From Eubacteriales bacterium (GTDB lineage Bacteria > Bacillota > Clostridia > Oscillospirales > CAG-272), in the NCBI GenBank assembly GCA_045613705.1, contig JAZLBM010000110.1, positions 1-53,660 of the forward strand: a stretch of DNA of 53,660 bases, in the 5' to 3' direction. Below, in pieces: positions 9,423 through 17,458 of this stretch. How positions within the stretch are numbered: the stretch's first letter is position 1; each line of letters opens with the position of its first letter. The position numbers and the translations under genes are program-made. The notes beneath the pieces were generated by a model that was not told where the DNA came from, did no database searches, and saw only the letters and a list, made by a program, of their open reading frames with translations.

Positions 9423-10128
9423 TGTTGTCCTCCTTTCGGTTGCAAAAGATGCATCCGGAGGGGCTATCGTGATATTCCTGTGCCGTTCCGAAGAAGTGAC
9501 GGGATGAATTCACGTGAAGCACGTGAGAGGCATAACGAATGGCAGTTTTATCGTGGGAAACCATGATGATCGTGATGCCGTCCTTCTTATTGAGCTCTTC
9601 GATCAGATCATAGAGCTCGTCGGTTACCTTGGGATCAAGCCCCGCAACGGGCTCGTCCAAGAGAAGAATATCTTTGGCGGCACAAAGAGCACGTGCTAAA
9701 AGCACGCGTTGCTGCTGACCGCCCGAAAGTTCACGGTACGAGCGCTCAGCAAGATCTTGAATGCCAAGGCGCTCCATATTAGTCTTGGCAAGCAGCTTTT
9801 CAGCCTTTGTATAAAACGGACGAAATCCCATTCGTCCCACGCAACCCGAAAGCACGATTTCGTACACGGAAGCGGGGAAATCGCGCTGAAGCGGCGTCTG
9901 CTGAGGGAGATAGCCGAAGCATTTCCGAGAGGTGCCGTCTCCTATGGTGATGCGTCCGGATATAGGCTGATTCAATTGGAGAAGTGCCTTTACCAAGGTG
10001 CTTTTTCCCGATCCGTTTTCGCCTACAATACAAAGGTAGTCGCCTTTGTTAACGGAAAAAGACAGATTGCCGGCGACGGCGTTGCCGTCATAACCAAGGG
10101 TAAGATTTTCTACTGTGATCTGTGACAT
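9415..10128 (-). CDS. znuC: metal (zinc-type) ABC transporter ATP-binding protein
   Basis: 237 aa. Walker A GENGSGKST, signature LSGGQQQRV, Walker B LLLDEP. Confidence 0.85.
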   Translation of the reverse strand: MSQITVENLTLGYDGNAVAGNLSFSVNKGDYLCIVGENGSGKSTLVKALLQLNQPISGRITIGDGTSRKCFGYLPQQTPLQRDFPASVYEIVLSGCVGRMGFRPFYTKAEKLLAKTNMERLGIQDLAERSYRELSGGQQQRVLLARALCAAKDILLLDEPVAGLDPKVTDELYDLIEELNKKDGITIIMVSHDKTAIRYASHVLHVNSSRHFFGTAQEYHDSPSGCIFCNRKEDNNA

Positions 10129-10137
10129 ATTGTTTCC

Positions 10138-11091
10138 TTACAGTCCCAGCGCAACTTTGAGCGCCGATAGATTTTGTGTCATAGCTGATAAATAAGTGAA
10201 TCCGGATTCGATGCTTGCGCACGTTACCGATTGCATAGAATCCATAGTTACGATAACGGCAGACTTCGCATTCGTTGCGGCAACGATGGTTTTGGCCAGG
10301 GTGAGATCGGAGGACTCTAAAACGACAACCGCAGGGAGCGAAAATTCATTGATTGCTTCCGCAAGTGTGGAAATTGTCTTGAAGCTTGCCTCCGTTTCCG
10401 AGGAGCATCCGGGGAACGCCGCATAGCAGGCCAGGGAATAGTCGTGGAAAAGATAGGCAAAAGGGAAGCGATCAGCGAAGAGAATAGCCGTCGCGGAAGA
10501 AGCTCTTACCGCCTCCGCATAAGCAAGATCCAACTCTTCAAGTTGACGGATGTAATTCGCGCAATTCTCTCGATATACCGTCTCGTTTTCGGGGATCAAC
10601 GCAGAAAGCTTTTCACATATGGCGTTGCAGAAAATCATAGCATGCCGAAGAGATAACCACACGTGCTCGTCAAATTCTTCATTGTGGTCATGATGTCCAT
10701 CGTGGTGCTCCTCCGCGCAAAGAAGCTCTTCGTCCGCCAAAAGATCGGTCAACCGCACAACCAATCGTTCTTCAGAAGGAGAAAGAGAAAGCGCTTCGGT
10801 GATCCACTCATCGGAGGTTCCTCCCGTATAGATCAAAAGATCGCAGGTCGTTATTGTGATCATATCGTCAATGGAGGGCTGATAACTGTGCAGATCGGTT
10901 CCGCTTTCGGTAAGAAGAACGAGATTGACTTCGTCTACCGTTTCTCCTAAGATCTGACGCGCCCAATCATACTCGGCAAACACAGTCGTCACAATGGTGA
11001 TCTTATCTTGCTTACTTTGCGAATTGCCGCAAGAAACAAGGAAAGATGCCGTCAAAAACAGCATCAGGAAAGTGCAGAAAATACGTTTCAT
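10138..11091 (-). CDS. znuA: metal ABC transporter substrate-binding lipoprotein with His-rich loop (zinc-type)
   Basis: 317 aa. Lipobox FLVSCG. Cluster A-I SBP-like. His/acid-rich loop EEHHDGHHDHNEEFDEH is typical of Zn-specific ZnuA/AdcA proteins. Confidence 0.8.
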   Translation of the reverse strand: MKRIFCTFLMLFLTASFLVSCGNSQSKQDKITIVTTVFAEYDWARQILGETVDEVNLVLLTESGTDLHSYQPSIDDMITITTCDLLIYTGGTSDEWITEALSLSPSEERLVVRLTDLLADEELLCAEEHHDGHHDHNEEFDEHVWLSLRHAMIFCNAICEKLSALIPENETVYRENCANYIRQLEELDLAYAEAVRASSATAILFADRFPFAYLFHDYSLACYAAFPGCSSETEASFKTISTLAEAINEFSLPAVVVLESSDLTLAKTIVAATNAKSAVIVTMDSMQSVTCASIESGFTYLSAMTQNLSALKVALGL

Positions 11092-11122
11092 ATTATAACC
11101 TTTCAGGACTTTTTACCTGATT

Positions 11123-11152
11123 ATTATACTACATTTTTCAGCGCTTTGTCAA
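11123..11152 (-). promoter_or_regulatory. sigma-A-type promoter of the znuACB operon
   Basis: Minus strand reads TTGACA (11152-11147), 18-nt spacer, TATAAT (11128-11123), about 30 nt upstream of the znuA ATG. Confidence 0.6.
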
Positions 11153-11158
11153 TAGATT

Positions 11159-11173
11159 TGAGAATCATTTTCA
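11159..11173. promoter_or_regulatory. candidate Zur (Fur-family) operator
   Basis: TGAGAATCATTTTCA is a 7-1-7 inverted repeat (6/7 arms match) resembling the TGAAAATGATTTTCA-type Zur box. It sits 6 nt upstream of the -35 of the znu promoter. Confidence 0.5.
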
Positions 11174-11284
11174 TTTTTGAGCTGTGCGGAGTTTTTCAAG
11201 GAAAATTCCGCCAAGGTGTTGTTTTTTTCTTCAAAATATGATATGATATACTATATTTGATTTTCTAAAAAGGATTTTTTGACA

Positions 11285-12283
11285 ATGTACCACTCGATAT
11301 TGGATATCAAAACAACACAAAGAGCAATTAAGTCCTGCAAGGATTATTTTGAGCGAGAGCTGGCAAGAGAGCTGAATTTGGTTCGTGTCAGTGCGCCTCT
11401 TTTCGTTACGCCTGAGTCGGGTCTTAACGACCGTCTGAGCGGCGTAGAACGTCCCGTACAGTTCGATCTGCTTGAGACCGGTCGAGATGTACAGATCGTG
11501 CAGTCTCTTGCCAAATGGAAGCGTTTTGCGCTTGGTAAATACAGCTTTGATGCAGGCGAGGGTCTTTATACCGATATGAATGCTATCCGCCGTGACGAAA
11601 CCACGGACGCGATCCACTCTATTTACGTAGACCAGTGGGACTGGGAAAAAGCGATCACCAAAGAGCAGAGAACGCTTGACACCTTGAAAGAGACCGTCCG
11701 CGGCATCTATTCCGTGTTGAAAAACACGGAGCGCTATATGATCGCCGAGTACCCCGCGCTTGCCGAGGCCTTCTCCAAGAATCCTCTCCCTGAGGAAATC
11801 GCATTCGTTACCACGAGCGAGCTTGAAGAGCAGTATCCCTCGCTTACCGCGAAGGAGCGCGAACACACCTCTGCAAAAGAGCACGGTGCGGTTTGTATTA
11901 TGCAGATCGGTGGCAAGCTGAAATCCGGAATGCCCCACGACAGCCGCTCTCCCGACTATGACGACTGGTCGATGAACTGTGACATTATCCTTTACTTTGA
12001 CGTGCTTGATATCGGTCTTGAGATCTCCAGTATGGGCGTGCGCGTTGATGAGACCGCTCTTGCCAAGCAGTTGGACGAGGCCGGTTGTAACGATCGCCGC
12101 GAGCTTCCGTTCCACAAGGCGGTTCTTGAGGGCAAGCTCCCTTACTCCATCGGCGGCGGTATTGGTCAGTCGAGACTTTGCATGTTCTTCCTCAAGAAAA
12201 TGCACATCGGTGAGGTTCAGGCATCCGTTTGGCCCGAAGAACAGGAGAAAGCCCTTGCCGAGCAAGGATGTATGCTGTTATGA
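11285..12283 (+). CDS. asnA: aspartate--ammonia ligase (asparagine synthetase A)
   Basis: 332 aa from ATG 11285 (the ORF track begins at TTG 11279). Class II aaRS-like AsnA hallmarks: SAPLFV, QSLAKWKR, GGGIGQSRLCMF. Confidence 0.9.
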   Translation: MYHSILDIKTTQRAIKSCKDYFERELARELNLVRVSAPLFVTPESGLNDRLSGVERPVQFDLLETGRDVQIVQSLAKWKRFALGKYSFDAGEGLYTDMNAIRRDETTDAIHSIYVDQWDWEKAITKEQRTLDTLKETVRGIYSVLKNTERYMIAEYPALAEAFSKNPLPEEIAFVTTSELEEQYPSLTAKEREHTSAKEHGAVCIMQIGGKLKSGMPHDSRSPDYDDWSMNCDIILYFDVLDIGLEISSMGVRVDETALAKQLDEAGCNDRRELPFHKAVLEGKLPYSIGGGIGQSRLCMFFLKKMHIGEVQASVWPEEQEKALAEQGCMLL

Positions 12284-12900
12284 TAAAAACCAGACTTGTC
12301 ATTGTACGTCACGCACAGAGCGAAAGCAACAAGGCTCGTTTCTTTGCGGCTGCGACGAACGTGAATCTTACGGATCTTGGGCGCGAGCAAGCCGAAAAAA
12401 CGGCGGCGTTTCTGTCGAATTATACCTTTGATCGGGCATATTCGAGCCCAATGGTTCGTGTTCAGCAGACGGCAAAGCCCATCATCCGCGGGCGTGGTCT
12501 TTCGCTTGAGATCTGCGCCGATCTCCGCGAGATCCACGGCGGTATGTGGGAGGGTCTCCCTTACAGTGAGGTGGACGAGCTCTATCCCGACGAACGTGCG
12601 CTTTGGTACCACTCGCTTGGGGATTGTGTTTGCCCCGGCGGAGATAGTATGAGCGACGTGGATCAAAGAGTGCGCGCCGCATTTCTGAAGATCATTGCCG
12701 ACAACCCCGGCAAAACGGTTCTTGTGGCAACACACGCGACACCCATTCGTGTAATAACCAATTTTTTCTTGGGGAAGACCTTGAGAGAAATCGACGATCT
12801 GACGTGGGCAGGAAACGCCTCGGTTACCGTCGTTGATTGCTTTGAAGATGGACGCTATGAGGTAATTCTTCAAGGCTATGACGATCACTTAAATCAATAA
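12280..12900 (+). CDS. histidine phosphatase family protein (phosphoglycerate mutase-like)
   Basis: 206 aa from ATG 12280, which overlaps the asnA stop (ATGA). The RHAQSESN motif (RHG-type catalytic His) sits at the N-terminus. Confidence 0.85.
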   Translation: MIKTRLVIVRHAQSESNKARFFAAATNVNLTDLGREQAEKTAAFLSNYTFDRAYSSPMVRVQQTAKPIIRGRGLSLEICADLREIHGGMWEGLPYSEVDELYPDERALWYHSLGDCVCPGGDSMSDVDQRVRAAFLKIIADNPGKTVLVATHATPIRVITNFFLGKTLREIDDLTWAGNASVTVVDCFEDGRYEVILQGYDDHLNQ

Positions 12901-12930
12901 AAAAAGCCCCGCACAGCGGGGCTTTTTGTT
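12898..12930. terminator. bidirectional terminator
   Basis: AAAAAAAGCCCCGC-ACA-GCGGGGCTTTTT lies between convergent transcription units. Confidence 0.8.
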
Positions 12931-12934
12931 GTTC

Positions 12935-13054
12935 TTATGCATTAAACAAAAACATAATGGAGTAATACATAATGCTGGAGATCATCAGTGCGGAAAGCAG
13001 AATGCAGAAACCGCGAACCAGCCAAAGTTTTACCTTGTCTCTCTTATTTTTCAT
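12935..13054 (-). CDS. possible 39-aa small hydrophobic protein
   Basis: MKNKRDKVKLWLVRGFCILLSALMISSIMYYSIMFLFNA: a basic N-terminus followed by one TM-like helix. AAGGAGAA RBS 6 nt upstream of the ATG. Starts 11 nt after the topoisomerase gene stop. Below the ORF-track size cut-off and supported by no homology. Confidence 0.35.
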   Translation of the reverse strand: MKNKRDKVKLWLVRGFCILLSALMISSIMYYSIMFLFNA

Positions 13055-13065
13055 GGGAATTCTCC

Positions 13066-15294
13066 TTACTCAATTTTAAGTTGCATTGCGCTGATATCTT
13101 TTTCGGCAAGCAGGGTTCCGGATGCGGGAAGCTTATATTTGCGATATCCCTTATCATCCTGATCAGCAAGATCAATCGTTGCACCGGTTACGGTTTGTCC
13201 CTTCTTCAAGGTCATAAGAGCAACGCCGCCGGCGGTTCTCGTGGTCTTCTGCGGAATCAGGGACGATTTGAAGATGATAGCGCGATCTGCGGAATTGACC
13301 ATCATAATGTCAACGGGATCTTTTCCTTCGTGGAATGCGGCCACGATAGGAGAAGCATCGGAATAGGCACCTTGAAGCTTACGACGAACCGCCTTGGTCT
13401 CGTAAGCACTCATAGGAACGCGTACGCCCTTACCGTTCTCGAATATAAAGATCATATTCTCATCGGGGGAATAACCGTTCAAGATGCGCATAAAGATGGG
13501 CTTTTCTCCGGCGTCCATTCCCAGCTTTGCGGGGAGGAACTCGCCCATTGCGGAAGCCTTGGTGTTTTCAAACTCGGATACCTTCGCGCGGTACATACGG
13601 CACTTATCGGAGAAGAAGATGAGCTCGGCAGAATTGGTCGTATCAAAGGTATAGGCAAGGGAGTCACCCTCCTTAAACTTATGCTCATCGTTTCCGCGGA
13701 GGGAAAGCAGTGTGATCTTCTTGAAGTAGCCTTCCTTGGTAAGGTAAACCTTAACGTTGTAATCGTCCTCGGCAGCCTCTTCAACGTACTCTTCAATATC
13801 GGAAGCGTATTCCAGATAGGAGCGTCTTGGCTGACCGTACTTCTTCTTAATTTCGGTCAACTGCTTGGAGATGTAGGCCTTGATCTTGAGATCGTCGCCA
13901 AGAAGATCTTCGAGCTGAGCAATATCTGCCTTGAGCCCCTCGATCTCGTTGATTCGGTTCAGAATGTACTCTTTGTTGAAATGGCGCAGCTTGATTTCGG
14001 CGATGTACTCGGCCTGGAGCTGATCGACGTTGAAGCCATCCATCAGGTTCTGAATGACGGCAGAATCCTGCTCGGTGTTTCGAACGATGCGGATCGCCTT
14101 ATCGATATCAAGATAAACCGCCGCAAGACCCAAAAGAAGGTGGTATTTTTCGTTCTTCTTTTTCAGGTCATAGGTAAGCTCGCGGCGAACGCACTTCATG
14201 CGGAAGTTGATCCACTCATTGAGAATGTCGATCACGCCGAGCTGACGAGGCGTAGAATCGATCAGGATGTTGAAGTTACAACGGAAGCTGTCCTCAAGAG
14301 GCGTAAGCTTGTAGAGCTTTGCCATCAGCTTATCGGGATCGGCGCCCTTTCGAATGTCGATGGTAAGCTTGAATCCGTTCAAGTCGATCTCGTCACGGAA
14401 ATCGACGACCTCCTTCAGCTTTCCTTCCTTGACCAGATCCGAAATCTTCTTCATAATAAGCTCGATAGAGGTGGAGTAGGGGATCTGAAGAATATCGATG
14501 CAGTTTTGCACGCGGTCATAATTATAGCGTGCACGGATCTTTACGGCGCCCTGTCCGGTTTCGTAGATGGAGCGCATCTGCTCGCGGTCATAAATAATGG
14601 TTCCGCCGCCGGGGAAATCGGGCGCTTTGATGATATCCAGCATCTTTTCCACACCGGTTTTGGGATTCTTGAGGAGTGCGATGGTTCCGTCACAAATCTC
14701 TGCAAGGTTAAAAGAACAAATGGAAGATGCCATACCGACCGCTATGCCGGTATTGGGCATAACCAAAACGTTGGGGAAGGACGAAGGCAGAAGCACCGGC
14801 TCGGTCATAGTGTTATCGTAGTTGGGAATCAACTCAACCGCGTCCTTGTCTATGCCGCGGAACAATTCCGCGCAAAAGCTATCCAGCTTGACCTCGGTGT
14901 ATCGGGGGGCGGCGAACTTCATGTCCGAAGAATACTGCTTACCAAAGCTTCCCTTGGAATCGATCAGAGGGTGAAGAAGTGCCTCGTTTCCTCTTGTAAG
15001 ACGAACAAGCGTCTCATAGATCGACATATCGCCGTGGGGATGAAGCTTCATCGTTTGTCCGACTACGTTGGCGCTCTTGGTGCGGCTTCCCGTAAGCAAT
15101 CCCATCTTGTACATCGTATAAAGGAGCTTTCTGTGTGCCGGCTTCAAACCGTCGATTTCGGGGATCGCGCGGGATATAATAACGCTCATAACGTACGGCA
15201 TATAGTTTTTCTCGATGGTGTCGGTGATCAACTGCCGTTGCACGGGCGCGTATTTAATGGGGGCGTTTTCAATGACCTTACTTTTTCTTGCCAT
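13066..15294 (-). CDS. type IIA DNA topoisomerase subunit A (GyrA/ParC family)
   Basis: 742 aa. N-terminal ...MPYVMSVIISRAIPEIDGLKPAHRKLLY... and the active-site context AAPRYTEVKL (catalytic Tyr). GGAGGAAA RBS. Confidence 0.9.
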   Translation of the reverse strand: MARKSKVIENAPIKYAPVQRQLITDTIEKNYMPYVMSVIISRAIPEIDGLKPAHRKLLYTMYKMGLLTGSRTKSANVVGQTMKLHPHGDMSIYETLVRLTRGNEALLHPLIDSKGSFGKQYSSDMKFAAPRYTEVKLDSFCAELFRGIDKDAVELIPNYDNTMTEPVLLPSSFPNVLVMPNTGIAVGMASSICSFNLAEICDGTIALLKNPKTGVEKMLDIIKAPDFPGGGTIIYDREQMRSIYETGQGAVKIRARYNYDRVQNCIDILQIPYSTSIELIMKKISDLVKEGKLKEVVDFRDEIDLNGFKLTIDIRKGADPDKLMAKLYKLTPLEDSFRCNFNILIDSTPRQLGVIDILNEWINFRMKCVRRELTYDLKKKNEKYHLLLGLAAVYLDIDKAIRIVRNTEQDSAVIQNLMDGFNVDQLQAEYIAEIKLRHFNKEYILNRINEIEGLKADIAQLEDLLGDDLKIKAYISKQLTEIKKKYGQPRRSYLEYASDIEEYVEEAAEDDYNVKVYLTKEGYFKKITLLSLRGNDEHKFKEGDSLAYTFDTTNSAELIFFSDKCRMYRAKVSEFENTKASAMGEFLPAKLGMDAGEKPIFMRILNGYSPDENMIFIFENGKGVRVPMSAYETKAVRRKLQGAYSDASPIVAAFHEGKDPVDIMMVNSADRAIIFKSSLIPQKTTRTAGGVALMTLKKGQTVTGATIDLADQDDKGYRKYKLPASGTLLAEKDISAMQLKIE

Positions 15295-15313
15295 GGGTTT
15301 CCTCCGTGTTGAT

Positions 15314-16348
15314 TTATACCTTGCGTATTGTATGCGCCGCCGCGCGGATCATGCGGTTGTAAAGCGCAAGCCCGATGCCGTCCTTGGAGGGCAGATGGGC
15401 ATATATGATATCAACGCCCAGCTTATCCGCATCGCGGAGGGCGGTGAAGAGCTTTCTTGCTTGTGTCTCGGGATCGTCCGATCTGCCGAGGTCTATAGTG
15501 TTGGCGTCTCCGAGAATATCAACCTCTTCGGAGTAACACAGAATTGCGCAATTGCGCGCTTTTTGTTCTTCTTTTAAGAAGGCTATGACGTTTTCGTCAC
15601 TTCCTTCAAGGAGCACAAGGGGCACCTCCGGGGCGTAATGCCTGTATTTCATGCCCGGAGAAAGAGGTCGTTCGTTTTTGCCGAGTTCTTCAAGAACCGA
15701 AGGCGCAACGGTGACCGACGCACAAACGCACAAAAGCGCGTCGGCGGTAACGGCTCCCGGACGCAAAAGAACGGCATCATCACCGTCCAGACGAATGATG
15801 GTAGATTCAAGACCGATATCGCAGTCTCCGCCATCAATAATCACGTCTACGCGCCCGTCAAGATCTTCGATCACGTGGCGAGCACAGGTCGGGGAAGGCT
15901 TTCCCGAAAGATTGGCCGACGGTGCGGCAATCGGGATTCCTGCCGCCCGTATCAACGTGTGAGCCAAAGGATGTGAAGGACAACGGATGGCAACGGTATC
16001 AAGGCCTCCGGTGACGGAAAGCGGAACGGTATCCTTCTTGGGAAGAATTACTGTAAGCGGTCCCGGCATAAAGGCTTTGGCCAGTTTATAATACGTGTCG
16101 TTCGTCTCGGCGTATGCTTCGGCATCTTCGGGAGCTGCCACGTGCAGAATCAAAGGATTATCAGAAGGACGACCTTTTGCGGCATAGATCTTTTGTGCCG
16201 CCTCGGCATTGGTTCCGTTTCCACCGAGACCGTAAACCGTCTCGGTAGGGAAGACCACAAGCCCTCCCTCTCGAAGCGTGTTTGCCGAGAGGAGGAGGGC
16301 ATCGTTATCGATATGAATTCCGTCCGTTCGAATGATCTTGGTTGTCAA
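15314..16348 (-). CDS. tsaC: L-threonylcarbamoyladenylate synthase (Sua5/YwlC long form)
   Basis: 344 aa. VVFPTETVYGLGG and SANLSGKPS motifs plus a C-terminal Sua5 domain. TTG start behind an AGAAGG RBS. Confidence 0.9.
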   Translation of the reverse strand: MTTKIIRTDGIHIDNDALLLSANTLREGGLVVFPTETVYGLGGNGTNAEAAQKIYAAKGRPSDNPLILHVAAPEDAEAYAETNDTYYKLAKAFMPGPLTVILPKKDTVPLSVTGGLDTVAIRCPSHPLAHTLIRAAGIPIAAPSANLSGKPSPTCARHVIEDLDGRVDVIIDGGDCDIGLESTIIRLDGDDAVLLRPGAVTADALLCVCASVTVAPSVLEELGKNERPLSPGMKYRHYAPEVPLVLLEGSDENVIAFLKEEQKARNCAILCYSEEVDILGDANTIDLGRSDDPETQARKLFTALRDADKLGVDIIYAHLPSKDGIGLALYNRMIRAAAHTIRKV

Positions 16349-16367
16349 ATCCGTAAACCTTCTTTTG

Positions 16368-17432
16368 TTAATTGCTTTTCAGCCTTTCTGCCGTGTCGGC
16401 AGTGATCAAGGCATCGATCATCTCGCCGATGTTTCCGTTAAGGAAATTTTCAAGGGAGTACAAGGTGAGACCGATTCTGTGATCGGTGATTCGTCCTTGG
16501 GGGTAATTGTACGTGCGGATCCGCTCGCTTCTGTCACCGGTACCGACCTGGCTCTTTCTTTCCGAGGCGATCTTTTCCGATTGCTCGGCTTGCTTGATGT
16601 CGTACAGCTTGGTTCGAAGCATTTTTAAGGCTTTATCCTTGTTCTTGAACTGGCTCCGCTCCTCCTGGCACTCAATAATGATGCCGCTGGGCTTGTGAGT
16701 CAGTCTGACTGCTGATTCGGTTTTGTTGATATGCTGTCCGCCGGCGCCGCTGGATTTGCAGGATTCAAAGATCAAATCGGCAGGATTGATCTCGATCTCC
16801 ACGTCCTCGGCCTCGGGAAGAACGGCAACGGTTGCGGTGGACGTCTGGATACGTCCCTGGGATTCGGTCTCGGGGACGCGCTGTACGCGGTGAACGCCGC
16901 TTTCAAACTTAAAACGGGAGAACGCGCCGTCTCCTTCGATCATAAAGGTGACCTCGCGGAATCCGCCAAGCTCGGTTTCATTGGCGCTCATCAAGGACGT
17001 TTTGAATCCAACCGCTTCGGCATACATAGAATACATACGGTAAAGGACGGCCGCAAAAAGCGCCGCCTCTTCGCCACCCGCTCCTGCACGGATCTCCACC
17101 ATGACATTCTTGTCATCGTTAGGATCACGAGGAAGCAGAAGGACTTTAAGCTCCTCCAGAAGCGTCTCAGACTGCTTCTGGAGGGTTTTGTATTCTTCTG
17201 CGACCATTTCCCTCATATCCGCGTCAAGCGCCTCGTCGAGCATCTCACGGGCCTCTCGGCACTCGGTGTCGGTTCGCTTGTACTCGCGAAACTTTTCAAT
17301 GACAGGAGTGAGGGATTTGTATTCTTTCATGAGCTTGGTATAGTTCTCGGTGTCTGAGAAAATATCCGGCTCGGCAAGCTTGCTTTCAATGCCGACGTAT
17401 TTTTCCTCGGCAGACTTTAACTTTTCAAGCAT
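16368..17432 (-). CDS. prfA: peptide chain release factor 1
   Basis: 354 aa. GGQ motif (SGAGGQHINK) and PxT-type decoding loop (RVQRVPETESQGRIQTS). Confidence 0.95.
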   Translation of the reverse strand: MLEKLKSAEEKYVGIESKLAEPDIFSDTENYTKLMKEYKSLTPVIEKFREYKRTDTECREAREMLDEALDADMREMVAEEYKTLQKQSETLLEELKVLLLPRDPNDDKNVMVEIRAGAGGEEAALFAAVLYRMYSMYAEAVGFKTSLMSANETELGGFREVTFMIEGDGAFSRFKFESGVHRVQRVPETESQGRIQTSTATVAVLPEAEDVEIEINPADLIFESCKSSGAGGQHINKTESAVRLTHKPSGIIIECQEERSQFKNKDKALKMLRTKLYDIKQAEQSEKIASERKSQVGTGDRSERIRTYNYPQGRITDHRIGLTLYSLENFLNGNIGEMIDALITADTAERLKSN

Positions 17433-17458
17433 GAGGGTAAATTGACCTTTCTATGGGA

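Noticed and set aside
11092-11284. Looked for a T-box or other leader RNA upstream of asnA
   Set aside because: The gap is only ~190 nt and is largely taken up by the divergent znu promoter and Zur-like box. There is no specifier-loop/T-box (AGGGTGGNACCGCG-like) sequence or terminator/antiterminator pair.
11231-12265. 344-aa minus-strand ORF
   Set aside because: It is an antisense shadow of asnA.
12988-15312. 774-aa plus-strand ORF, the longest ORF in the window
   Set aside because: It runs exactly antisense and in codon register to the clearly recognisable GyrA/ParC-family gene. Its translation is low-complexity-like (L/G/V/D/I rich), with no motif or RBS. It is a shadow ORF produced by the absence of TTA/CTA/TCA codons in the real gene.
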